Source: Macrostomum lignano (Eukaryota). Taken from it: a DNA stretch of 52,947 nucleotides. The DNA is taken from positions 1 to 52,947 of the forward strand of contig NIVC01003691.1 in the NCBI GenBank assembly GCA_002269645.1, in the 5' to 3' direction. Positions 1 through 12,400 of this stretch are shown here, one piece after another. The notes under the pieces are model-generated. The model was not told where the DNA came from. It saw only the letters and a program-made list of their open reading frames with translations, and searched no databases. The translations under genes were made by a program, and so were the position numbers. Position 1 is the stretch's first letter, and each line of letters begins with the position of its first letter.

Positions 1-1532
1 TGTAATCTGAATCTAATCTAAAGCTTTTCCAACAATTTCAACAAGCCTGCGGATGTGTGTTGACAGCGCAGTGGAGACACGTAAGTTCAGTTTGTCTCTG
101 AATTTGCTCGCCTAATTCTTTTTCTATCCCACTGAAAACGTTACCAAGACTCGTACCTTACTATGAGTCGCTAGAGTCTTTGCAAACAACTCTATAATGA
201 CTATAGCAATTCTAGGACGACTCTTGCGACTCTTTAACGACTCAAACGACTGCAATGCTATGGAGAGGCAACTGTTGAGTCACGAGAGCGCATTGAGTCA
301 TGAGTTGCAGAATTGTAAAAGTGTCGCGAAGAAAGTTTTCCAAAAGTTGTGCTAGCGCTCAACTATCTACTAACTCAAGTAGACTAAATATAGAGTTGTT
401 ATAAATGCCAAGTTGTTTCATGCAACGACTCTGAGGCGACCAAAGAGGCTGGGACGCTTCTTGGCCTTGTTAACGTTTTTATCGCGTATTAATAAGCGAA
501 GAAACATGATGCAGACCTAATCTATACTACACCATTGATAATTTAGTGAGTGATCATCATTTTGGTATGTGCTTTTGATTTATTAGTTATTCATCACTGT
601 TTACATTGGCAGGGTCCCCAGATGCTCAACTTAGAACGCATAGTTTAGATTTAAAAAATTGTAAAAGTAAATGTGATGTGATGTGCTTTCTATTATCTAT
701 ACTACACCTCGGATTCACGGTTAGCAACTGACAGGTTAAATAATATCTGATGCCATTGTTATGTGGTTTGTAATTATAAGATTTATTTGCAACTCTCATA
801 AGCTACCCCACTCAGCGCTCATTTCTCTACGAGCTTCTCAATTCCCGTCGAATGTCACAAGAATATTCACTAGCTCTGTGAGCCACTTTGTCCTAACCAG
901 ATTATCCATAGTTTTATCTATGCTATTTATGTTTTTATTAAATAAAATCCTAAGCATCTTTTAGGTACTCAGCGGCTGTAACTGAATTTCAGATCTGTTG
1001 CTCAGGATTAGCAACTAATGCGCCCTTTACTAATATTTCGGCAACATGCAGACGAACAAAAAGGTTTTGTAAGTTATTAAATTTGCTACTTAGTTTCTGT
1101 ATTTGCTAATTGTGAATATAAAATCTAGTACCACAGTATGCACACTGAGTATACACAGTATACTTAGTAGATTCCTAAATTTGGATTAAGTCTAAATGAT
1201 GTACTTAATCTACCTTGTCTTTTGTTCTTTTACAGAGAATTTCTAAATACGCTTAATTTCTCTGATCAAAAATATATTTTGTGCATATGCCAAAATAAGT
1301 TGATGGCTGTTTTTTTACTGGCTAATAACCTTGCTTCTAAGTTATTAATTCTTTTTCCTAATTTGAAGCTGATTATAGGTGCTTTATATATGTCGTATGT
1401 GATTGTCAGAGATTTTAAATACAGCATTTAATTACGAGCTCGTAGTTTTGCCACTTAATTATGATAGGAAATCTGCCATTCTGAAATAATTTTAAGTGCA
1501 TAAATCTGAGACACTATATTCACGAAACTGTA

Positions 1533-1797
1533 GGGGGTTATAGCCCAGTGGTAAGAACGTCGGACCCTCGACTGAAACGTCGGGGGTTCGACTTCCCGAT
1601 CCCACTTGGAACAATGTGTGTCCTTGAGCAAGACACTTAGCCCTGAATTTCTTCAGTTCCCCCAGCTGCAAAAATGGGTGCCAGCATTAGCTGAGGTAAT
1701 TAATGGTGTTTGTGGCAACCCCCAGTCCTTGGACTGAGCACATGCCCATGTGCCAAATCGCACATGCCCATAAGGGCAGGTGCAATAAAAAATGAAA
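1533..1797 (+). mobile_element. tRNA-derived SINE, family A (CORE-like central domain)
   Basis: A box (TAGCCCAGTGG) and B box (GGTTCGACT), then TGTGTCCTTGAGCAAGACACTTAG...CAAAAATGGGT resembling the MIR/CORE domain. Homologous copies at 5396-5697 and 33094-33404. Confidence 0.8.
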
Positions 1798-1924
1798 ACT
1801 GTAATTAAAAATCTTCGCAAAAATATCGAATAGCCGTGTGTTGTGCTAGCGGCTATCGCAAATGTTAAAGTCGCAGTCAGACATAAAAAATTCGTCACAT
1901 TTCAGCCGTCACCAATCGTCTTGC

Positions 1925-4900
1925 ATGGAACTCACCGTGTGGCCTGGCCGATGGGACTCGGCATCCATGGATCCCGACTGCTTAGCCTCTCTCGCCTATG
2001 TCCGCTTCTCCGGCGCCCCGGTGCAAATCCGGCTGCACAACCGGCCAGCTTTGGTCACCTCTGTCACAACTTCGCCGCGCCGCCTGTCTGAGCTGCCCCG
2101 GCTTCGTCATGCTGGCAATTCTATCAACGGCGGCTTCAATCTTGAGCACTTGTTTGCCTATCTACGGAAAGAGAACTATGGTGTTGAGTACGACTTTAGC
2201 GAGGACCAGCTGGTTCGCATGACTGCACTGATGCGATCAACTCGCGCCCGATTGGCGCCCGCTGTTGCTCAATTATTGTGGCTTGAGGCTCGCGTCTATA
2301 CTCGAGTCACTAGGCCGGCCTTTGCTGAGGCTGTTGGCTTGCCAGCCTCCCTAGTGTATCCGGTGTACCGGCATCATGCCACTCGAAACCGGTTGCTAGC
2401 CAGCTTTGGCTACGATTTAGCGCGCGTCAGTGAAGACGCTCTGCTTCAACAGGTTAGAAATTTCTATTGCATCGCCTTGTTTATTACCTACATATACTCA
2501 GCAAAAGTTCCACCCTCCAAATTGCGAAAACTTCACACTCACAATTCAACCCTCAAGTTACGTAACTAAGCCGCCGCGAGGAAGGGAAAGTTGATTGAAT
2601 ATCAATACTCGTAGTAGAATCATAAATTTTTATGCAATATTCAGTTAGAATCGCGATGCGTGTGGGATCCCCTCGCACGCAGAAGTGCGACGACTCTGCG
2701 GGGCATCCCAGGATGAGGCAGCGCAGAAAGTCCTGGGGAAGCTGCTCCGAAGCGTTTTCAATGGCATGACGCAGAGCTCTCCGCAACATTCTATGGTGGA
2801 TTCTCTTTTCGAATGCTACGTTTTAGGAAGTCCCAGACATGCTCGATGGGATTCATGTCTGGGGACCGGGAAGGCCAGCGCAGAGTGCGCAGCTGTAGCT
2901 GTTCCTTCAGTTGACTAACAGCATCGGCTTGGTGTGGGGGGCGTTGTTCCTGGGCTTGGGTCTGCTTAATGTCCAGGCCTGGACCATTAAGCAGACCCAA
3001 GCCACCCCCAAGCGGCAATAAGCTTTGCGCGTGCCGTAGGTTGCGTCACTCGCAATAAGTGAAAAAATCATCTGGCTTAGTGGGGTGGAACATTTGACTG
3101 TTGCAGAGTATATGTAGGAGAGTTCTTAAGCTTGGTTTGGGGGGGGGATCGGCTCAGTGGTGAACTCGTCAGACTCTCGCGCCACTGTCGCGGCTTCGAT
3201 TCAGTGCCTAACCGCATTAATTTTTATGGCTTGAGTTCAATAGATTGGCCGGAGGCTTTTTGTGCGGCTCGCACTCATGTGGGTCATGAAGGCGCAAGGC
3301 ATTACAAAATCAGGGCCTGCTGTACGAGTGTGCGCTTGTATGTGCTCAGGAGTCAGCGGAATGGGTAGAAATGCCTCACCACTGGTTGCAAGACAATGTG
3401 GCTGAAGTTGTTGCGCCAGGGTGCCCGCAGCCCTCCTAAGTTTTGAGTTTCTATTTTTTAGAAAAACATATAGATGCTTACTGCAGAGTGTTGAATTGCA
3501 GGGTTATAAGCAAAACTGCTTAGTCACATATTGCGCATTAATGATTACCCGTTACTTCATGGTTCTATTAAACCTTTTCACGTCCTGTTCGGTTTTTTAT
3601 TCATTCAATTCGGTGCGTGCCCGTCACAAGGACCACTAGAAGAAGAAGGACGGGACACTTCGTTTCTTGGAAAATTTATTAAGGGCTGATTTTCACGGAA
3701 AAATGCACTAGCGAGACAGGAACTTTTCACTTTTTTTCACTTTTAAATGGTGATAGGTTTTTATTGGAAGCAGATACAAAGCTCTTCTTTTGATATAACT
3801 TATAATTCAAAAAACATTTGGCTATAATTATATGCCCAGGTCTAGGCATAGTTAGTATAGCTAAGGTAGCGACATATTTAAATACTTATTTTATATAAAA
3901 AGTATAAAACTAAAATGAATAAGCAGTGAATTGAGCATATAATTATAGCCAACTGTTTTTTTAATGATATATTGCTAATAAATAGATGCATTCGATTAAA
4001 CAGATATTGTAAAATTCAAGTTAGTCACTAGTTAGCTTTAGACTATAATTGCTGCATGATATAGCTAGTAACAAAAATAATATGAAGATCAATTATTCAT
4101 GAAAAAATCTTAATAAAATCCGTCGAAGCAACACGTTTTGTAAGTTATATCAAAAGAAGAGCTTTGTAATCTGCTTCCAATAAAAAGCTATCACCATTTA
4201 AAAGTGAAAAAAAGTGAATGAAAAGTTCCTATCTCGCAAGTGCATTTTTCCGTGAAAATCAGCCTTTAATAAATTTTCCAAGAAACGAAGTGTCCCGTCC
4301 TTCTTCTTCTAGTGGTCCTTGGCCCGTCAGTGCCAGTGTGGCGTGGCAGCGGGGTAAAGATCTGACACAGACTAACCATAAAAAGCCATAGACAACAGAG
4401 ATCAATTTGGTTTTAACCGCGAGCAGCTGGAAGGCATGGCTAAAGCAAGGAATTCTTTAGAAGAAAGCACCAATAGACTGCCAAATGTATTCTCAGCGTC
4501 CTAGAATTGGTTATTTTCAATCGTTCAATAAAAAATACTTTTTTTAATTTGTAGGTGACAGCAAATGGAGTAGATTGCATTGATCAGCTGTCCCAGGTGT
4601 TGGACCAAGCACGCTTTTTTGTGTCCGAGTCTGGGCCCTGCTGCCTTGATGCCATGGTATTTGGCTATCTATGGCCTCTGCTGAAAGCCCCACTAACTCA
4701 GTCCAATCTCAGCTCTGGTGAAGTTCCGGCTCTGTTACGCAAGCTGCGCCAACACCGCAACCTTATAGAATTTTGTCAGCGCATTCAGCGAGTCTACTTT
4801 CCCGAGCTGTCTTCCGCAGTCGGCTCCGCTAGTGCTGCTGGCGGTGATGACGCTTCTTTAAAATCTGGCTCTGATGGCGCTGTGTTGCGAAATGCTGGTC

Positions 4901-4962
4901 TATTTTTGGTCATCACTAGCGCAGTTTTTGGACTTTACGCGTGGCAGTCGGCTGGATTGTAG
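1925..4962 (+). CDS. MTX1: Metaxin-1/3-like mitochondrial outer-membrane SAM-complex protein; join(1925..2452,4555..4962)
   Basis: MELTVWPGRW...DPDCLASLAYVRFSGAP and YLRKENY match the metaxin N-terminus. Exon 2 CLDAMVFGYLWPLLKAPL is the GST-like C-terminal domain, followed by a C-terminal TM helix. Donor CAG|GTTAG at 2453 and acceptor GTAG at 4554 are both phase 0. Confidence 0.9.
2497..3108 (-). mobile_element. Decayed, internally deleted Tc1/mariner element in the metaxin intron
   Basis: Minus strand encodes WPSRSPDMNPIEHVWDFLKR and, after a stop and frameshifts, MPRRVVALLRARGSHT (Tc1 transposase C-terminus). Imperfect TIRs CTCAGCAA..GTTCCACC / GGTGGAAC..TTGCAGAG flanked by TA. Confidence 0.7.
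3139..3435 (+). mobile_element. tRNA-derived SINE, family B
   Basis: A box (GGCTCAGTGG), B-box-like GCTTCGATTC, and body motif CTCAGGAGTCAGCGGAATGGG...GCGCCAGGGTGC shared with the other family B copies. Confidence 0.65.
3627..4321. mobile_element. hAT-type MITE with about 180-bp TIRs
   Basis: TIR CAAGGACCACTAGAAGAAG... at 3627 and its reverse complement ending at 4321. Perfect 8-bp TSD GCCCGTCA at 3619-3626 and 4322-4329. Confidence 0.9.
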
Positions 4963-5395
4963 TGCAACCTTAAGATATGTGGCTATTTTCGTATTCAGCT
5001 TAATCTGTATTCCTAGTGAATATTAAAATGCCGATTATTTTCCTAGAATCGTCAATCTTGTCATCAAATTAAAAAACAGAAGTTCGATGGCCTCTGTTAT
5101 GGGCTTTATATGACATTTTCTGTTTGCTTAGTGTTGCATTCCCATACAGTGTAGGCCTTGGAAGTTCACATTGAAATTATGGTCATTCACCTAGCTCTAT
5201 TAGACTTAATGGTTTAATGTGAAATATATGCAACTGAAGATAATGAGGCAATCTAATCGGCGTAGAGTCTTTTATATTTTAGAACTTTTTCAAGTTGCCT
5301 TTCTAATTGTGAAAATTTCATCATCTTGCTTTTTGTACTTTTGGTATAATAGAATTTTGATAAGTATATAAAAATGGATGTTAACCTAGAGTTTA

Positions 5396-5697
5396 GGGTG
5401 TAGCCTAGTGGTCAGAGCGTCGGATTCACGACTCGAAGGTCGGGGGTTCGATTCTTGACTCACTCGAAACAATTTGTGTCCTTGAGGAGGTCACTTAACT
5501 CTGCATTGCTTCAGTCACCCAACTGTAAAATGGGTAGCAGCATTAGATGGGGTAATTGAGGGTGTGTGGTCCCCCCCCCCCAGTCCTTGGACTGAGCAGC
5601 CGTACGCAGCCTTCAGATGCGCCGCGCAATAGCTGCGGCTGCTCTATCGGTTGCAAATCTGCCCATTGGGGCAGGTGTAATCAATGATGATTAAATG
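5396..5697 (+). mobile_element. tRNA-derived SINE, family A
   Basis: A/B boxes and CORE-like segment; colinear with the 1533 and 33094 copies. Confidence 0.8.
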
Positions 5698-5893
5698 AAA
5701 TATGAATAACAGAAATATGAAACCTACCTAAACTGGAATGTGAAGTCCAAATTCAGGATGTCAGTGACACAAGCTGTGACAAAAAACCTAGACTTTAAAG
5801 TGTGAATGGTATAGGTTCGGCAATCAAACTATGACTCAATGTTATGCTAAGAAAATCTGAATGCCCGCCATGTTTCAGCTGGCAAATGCCAAA

Positions 5894-8800
5894 ATGCATC
5901 TCATTCCTTTGAACTCCGCTAGCCTACAGGAGACAATCGCCACCGAGTCTCAGGGGCATCTTGTCGTGATTATGTTTAGCGCGTCCTGGTGCCAGCCGTG
6001 CAATCGAGCCAAGCCGCTAGTTAACGTTATGGCCTCGTGCCTGTCGGACGTGTCCTTCGGTGTATTAGTGTCGGACGAGAGTCCCGCCAACGAGGCTTGC
6101 GCTATGTCGTTCGACGTCAACGCTTTTCCTACTATCATTCTCTTTCTGGATGGTCAAGAGGTAAATGCATTGTATTTTGGCATAAAATCGCAACTTTGCA
6201 TCAGATAGTAAAAAAATTATTATCATTTTCATTAGTTTTACATGTACAATGATGCTATAAATAAATTGATGAACTACTAGTTCAGTAGTAATAAAGAATT
6301 CGTAAGCTTTTTTTATATAAAAATATAGGCCGTTGGTGTGACTTGCAGACGTAAACTGCTTACTGTTGGGCCCAGCCGTAATGTACATTAGCCAGCGCTT
6401 AATCAGTGAGCAGGGGGGGCGCCCTGATTGCTCCTGAACATGTACAATGACAGCCTTAACAGCGTAGGAACACAGTCACTACGCTCGTATCATTGGTCTA
6501 CAGACATGTGCTTCAGATGAAAAATCCATATCTCGGTCACTTGAACAATTCAATATCAACAGTGTCATAAAGTTACTAATATTTGCCTTGTTTAGCGACA
6601 AACTTAAGCTGCTTTTGAATGAAATTTAAATTGCTACTTTTATCTAAAAGCGATCTAAATACGATCTAATCCTATCTGCAACTTCTGCAACATTTGAAAC
6701 GATTTTGCGACTAATTAAAACATACTAGGTGTGGCGTCAGCGCGGCTTCAACCAGTTAGAACTGATTAACCGTATTCAGCAGCTGAGACCTCAGCTCGAT
6801 GAATGCGTGGCTGCTTTGCTGGAGAATGAGCCAGGGCTGGCCCGGTCTGCCGCTAACATTCTGCTGCGCATAGCGGACAACATCTTGGCGCACCCGATAG
6901 AAGAGAAATATCGCCGATTGAAAGTGTCCAGCAATACCGTGTCAGAGAAGCTGCTGCCAGTGTCTGGCGGCATCGAGTGCCTATTCGCTATGGGCTTCAC
7001 AGACGATGCTGGCGGTAGCAACAATGGCGAGTACTTTGAGCTGGCTCCCGGACCTCTGGTTCGCGTTGCCAAGATACGCAACCAGCTAGTGCGCGTAGTT
7101 ACCGATTCTCGTCATCTGCCCAGTATCTACGTGAACATGATTCCAGCCCTGGCGTCGCCCAAGGCTACCAATCATCAGCTCGTGTTTAGTCTGATGTCTC
7201 ACCTCAGCGGCATGCCAAAATATGAAGATCCCGGCCTGCAGGTAAAGCATATGCTATTTAATGTTTCATGTAGGTTCATTTTTTCATGCTATTTATGGCC
7301 TGCATTGCCTGCTAGCCCGCTTGCTGGGCTGGGAAACGTCCGGCTGGCAAATGGCCGGCTAGGAAATGTCTGGCTGGCAAATGGCCAGCTAGGATACGGT
7401 TGTCTGGCAAATAGCCACCTGGTAAAGGTCTGGCAAATGGCCAGCTAGGATACGGTTGTCTGGCAAATAGCCACCTGGTAAAGGTCTGGCAAATGGCCAG
7501 CTAGGAAACGGTTGTCTGGCAAATAGCCACCTGGTAAAGGTCTGGCAAATGACCAGCTAGGACACGGTTGTCTGGCAAATAGCCACCTGGTAAAGGTCTG
7601 GCAAATGACCAGCTAGGACACGGTTGTCTGGCAAATAGCCACCTGGTAAATGTCTGGCAAATGGCCAGCTAGGACACGGTTGTCTGGCAAATAGCCACCT
7701 GGTAAAGGTCTGGCAAATGGCCAGCTAGGAAACGGTTGTCTGGCAAATAGCCACCTGGTAAAGGTCTGGCAAATGACCAGCTAGGACACGGTTGTCTGGC
7801 AAATAGCCACCTGGTAAAGGTCTGGCAAATGACCAGCTAGGACACGGTTGTCTGGCAAATAGCCACCTGGTAAAGGTCTGGCAAATGACCAGCTAGGACA
7901 CGGTTGTCTGGCAAATAGCCACCTGGTAAAGGTCTGGCAAATGGCCAGCTAGGACACGGTTGTCTGGCAAATGACCAGCTAGGACACGGTTGTCTGGCAA
8001 ATAGCCACCTGGTAAAGGTCTGGCAAATGACCAGCTAGGACACGGTTGTCTGGCAAATAGCCACCTGGTAAAGGTCTGGCAAATGACCAGCTAGGACACG
8101 GTTGTCTGGCAAATAGCCACCTGGTAAAGATCTGGCAAATGACCAGCTAGAAAAATAGGTAGCCAGCTAAGTGTATTTCACTTTGACAGAAAATCTTACC
8201 AATCGGAGTTCGATGTATTTGCAAGGCGGGAGAAAGCGGGAAATGTTTGAGTAAATTTCTGCTCTTTGCTTCTTCCAGTCCCGAGCTCGCGAGTGCATAC
8301 CTTTGACGCGTTTGGAGGAAGCCGCCAGGACGCAGGTGCGCCAGCAGCTGTCAGCTGGCAACAGCGGAGGGTGCCAATTGACTGAGGCGCAAGTCCCAGC
8401 AGCTGAGCGAGATGCACTGCTGTGCGAGTTAACGGCTTGGTTTAAGGTGCGACTCCTGTAATATTTTGTTTTTTATGGTAGTCATTTCTTTTCGAAGTAT
8501 TTATGCAAGAATTTTTAAAAACAGGCATTAAAATTGATTGATTCGGTGAAAAAATGTTTTTTTGAAACAAGATTTTGCCGCTCCCAATATCAAGAACTTG
8601 TGCAGATAAATTAATCTTGTTTCTCCGTCTGAGTTGGTCCGCCTCGACCCCCTTTTTGGTTAGGGGGTGTCTTTTCCATGTTTCCCGTGTTCCTGAGAGT
8701 TGGCCATGCAACTCCTACCACCCAAGTTGGCGCTTTATAGGCTCAGATTTATACTCAAGTTTGCACCAGATCGATGGTCTCCGGCAACGAGCTTTTTCCT

Positions 8801-9148
8801 TGCGCGTTTAATTGCAGCCCAACCGCAGCGATGTTATCATATATGTAATGGCAGGAAGGTTGTGGGCACCCTGGCACAACCGCCTTTGGTGACATTGTCC
8901 CACAGCCAGCGCTGACGGCAATTCTGCCCATTCCGCTGACTCCTGAGCGCATGCAAGCACGGCAGTGCTGTATGCAAGCACGCACTCATACGGAGTGTCA
9001 TCTCTATCCATCCATCTATCTATCTATCTATCTCTATCTATCTATCTATCTATTTATCTATCTATCTATCCATCTATCTATCTATCTATTTATCTATTTA
9101 TCTATTTATCTATCTATCTATCTATCCATCTATCTATCTATCTATCTC

Positions 9149-9202
<54 letters not shown>

Positions 9203-9269
9203 CATCTATCTATCTATCTATCTCTCTATCTATCTATCTATCTATCTATCCATCTATCTATCTATCTAT

Positions 9270-9326
<57 letters not shown>

Positions 9327-9367
9327 CATCTATCTATCTATCTATCTCTCTATCTATCTATCTATCC

Positions 9368-9418
<51 letters not shown>

Positions 9419-12400
9419 CATCTATCCATTCATCCATCCATCCATCCACCTATCTACTATCTATCCTCGTAAACACGCTCACACGGTGTGCACAGCTGCA
9501 CTGACTTCAAATAGTCGAGCATGTACAATTTCATGGCTGTGAATCGCACGTCAACCCTCTGGCCAAATTTTCGTTCATCAGTCCCAGATAAATGTGGCCG
9601 CGCACCGAATAAAATTCGGGGTCTCAGAGTCAGACACTTTTATCGTTGAGCTACCCTGGCCCATTCCACGGCGATATATTCAAAACCGTTTAAACCCATG
9701 TATATTATTGAGTCTCCGTCTAACCCGCAGACTGAGTTCTTCAAGTGGACCAACAGCCCCAAGTGCAGCGTGTGCCATCAGGACTGCCAGTCCAGCAGCA
9801 ACGCCGCCAGCCTGCCGCCTAACGAAGAGGAGCGTCGCTACGGCGCCATTCGGGTCGAATCACACTATTGTCAGCGGTGCCAACGTGTGGAACGATTTCC
9901 GCGCTACAATCATCCAGAGAAGCTGCTGCAAACCCGGCATGGTCGCTGCGGAGAGTGGGCTAATTGCTTTTATTTGCTGTGCCGCGCGCTCAACTTCGAT
10001 ACGCGCTTCACTTATGACGTCACCGACCACGTGTGGGTGGAAGTTTTTAGCGAGCTGGAGCAGCGCTGGCTGCATGTTGATCCGTGCGAAAATCTCATCG
10101 ATGCCCCACTGGTGTACGAGAGCGGCTGGAAGAAGTCGCTTAGTTTTGTATTCGCCATGTCGCATGAAGAACTTGTTGACGTGTCGTGGCGCTATTCAGC
10201 GGAGCACAAGCAGCTGCTGACTAAGCGGCGCGTCAATGAGATCTGGTTGGATCAGGTTGTCGATTGTCTGGAGCGCACCCTTCAGGTTAGGGGGCCAAAT
10301 CATTTTTTAACCATATGCTTTGTGTTGGTTGTTAGCTTGCCAGTCCCATGAGGGCCAGCTCCCAAGCCACAGAGAAAGTCAATGCCACTGTACACCCTGT
10401 GTCCTAAGAGTCCCTTTCTAACCTTGATACGTAATGAGAGGGCGTAGCCCAGTGGTCTAGTGCGGCACTCTGATGTGCTCAATTTCAAGTACAGTCATAT
10501 TACCGGTATTTGGGGGAGGGGGGGGGCTAAATTAGAATCTCGGCTTGACTGCTCGTGCAATTTACGCCCTTGAGAGCCAAGCCCCAAGGCACAGTGAAGT
10601 GTACATGCCTAACGATAAATAAAGTTAGGGCCGCTGTACACTTCTGTGTGAGTGTGTGCCTGTGCGTATGACTGCGTACGTATCCACGCGCTTGTGTGCC
10701 TGCTCAGGGGAGTCGGCGGAATGGGCAGCAATGGCCGGTTGTGACAATGTCGCCTGAAGTGCGCCAGGGTGCACACAGCCCCTTGTCTCTAATACTCGTA
10801 GAAAACCTTGATACGCAACCTTAAAGACAGGAATACCTGCTTGTTTTGCTTTTCACAGTTTATTATATTTCATGTGATCCCCAATGACACAACAGAACGA
10901 TTATCTGCACCTGGGCACCGAACGCAAACGTCTTCTGCGCCTTCGACGCGTTCATGAGATTGTTGAGTTCCTTACGCCGCGTCGACTCGGCGCCAACTCT
11001 GCTGAACTACAGGGCCGTCAGAGCGGCTCCCTTGTTTGGCGCCTGAACCGCGGCGAAACCTCGACCACTGCAGGCTCCAACGATACGTCTAGACACGACT
11101 TCAAGTTTACACCGAATAGCTATGAAGCTGCTGTCGGCAAAATGTGCCTCACCTACGATCCCGTTAAGGATGTCTATCAGCGCGCAGCCGGTAACAATGT
11201 CGATACCATTTCTGGTTGGCATGCCTGCTTAAACCGGTGCAGTAGGCTGGCACGGAAGCTCGAGTCAGACTGGCAGATGGTCTATCTCTGCCGGCCAGAG
11301 GGCTGTCCGTCAGGAACTGATGGCGAGGCTTCCTGGCTGATCGACCTCGCTGGCAGCGGCTTCGTCGTTGGCAAAATCTGTGTAAACGCTGAGGCCAAGA
11401 TTTTTGATGGCTCGGCTAGCGTTCGATGGTCGGTGGAACTTGATGGAAGCCAAGTCGCCGAGTCAAAAGCTGAATGCTTCCGCTTCGAGACTCAGGGTGG
11501 CGGCGCCAAATCTGTGAGAGTCACGGCTCTACTCGCTGGCGGCCAGGGCGACTTGGCATGGCAGAAGTGTCAGTTGTTTCGCCGCTCACTGGACGGGTAC
11601 GGCAATGTGCAATCAAAATCGCCATTTTTGCTTAGTGATAACTAATGTGTAAACTAGGGCAGAGCTATGACTATTAGAAAGTCAGTGCATTTGTACATCC
11701 TGTATGATCGTGTGTATGAGTGCGTGCCTGCGTACAGTATTGGCCTGCTTGCATGTGCTCAGGAGTCAGCGGCACGGACAGAATTACCTTAGCGCTGATC
11801 GTTAGTAAACTATGCCAGAGTTTTTCTACTAAAAAGTAGACGGTAGGGAGAGTGGCGCGATAAGCTTGCTTTGTGGGCAAAGAAATTACGCCATGCGAGA
11901 GCGCTGGAGTATACAACTCGAAGTTTTGTTTAACCTGGCTAATTGAGTCTAGCCTTGGTCTTAGTCTTGGTGTTGACCAGCATCGCCTGGGTTCGATTCC
12001 ACTTTTTGCTTGTTGAGACAAATTTTCTGATAATAAAACACCATCGCAGATCTGGAGGTTCGCCATTCAGTTTCATAGTGGAGCTGCAGCCGGACTCATT
12101 GACTGACGAAAGCGCTTCATCAGCAGTTCCAGCGGCAAAAGCACGGGATGCACGGTCATCAAACACGCCTGCTCCAGCATCTTCATCGTCTGCATCGGGC
12201 AGTGCGTCTGACAATGCTGCATCCAGTCTGAGCACCATCGATCAGTCAGGAAAAGCAGCCAATGTTGATGGCGCTGGCGACAGCGGCCGCGGTGGGTACG
12301 TTATCACGCCAACGGAACGCGAATTAGCCAGCGGTCAGTTGGCCCTGACCTACGACATATTCAGCGATAAGTACACCAGATCTAGCGATGATCATTCGGC

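Noticed and set aside
140-460. GAGTC/GACTC-rich quasi-palindromic stretch
   Set aside because: No clear termini, TSD or second copy in the window; cannot be classified.
1533-1605. tRNA genes at SINE heads (also 3139, 5396, 10438, 33330-33404)
   Set aside because: The cloverleafs are degenerate and run into shared SINE bodies.
7345-8150. CRISPR-like appearance of the regular 56-bp, 55-bp (24094) and 31-bp (27271) arrays
   Set aside because: No unique spacers, no cas genes and a eukaryotic context; these are tandem repeats.
8167-8417. Two minus-strand ORFs
   Set aside because: Antisense to NGLY1 exon 3 (8279-8446), which the ORF track missed.
10884-11645. 253-aa ORF as a separate PAW-only gene
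   Set aside because: Its N-terminus continues the PNGase core ([10 protein letters not shown]) and it splices in phase on both sides.
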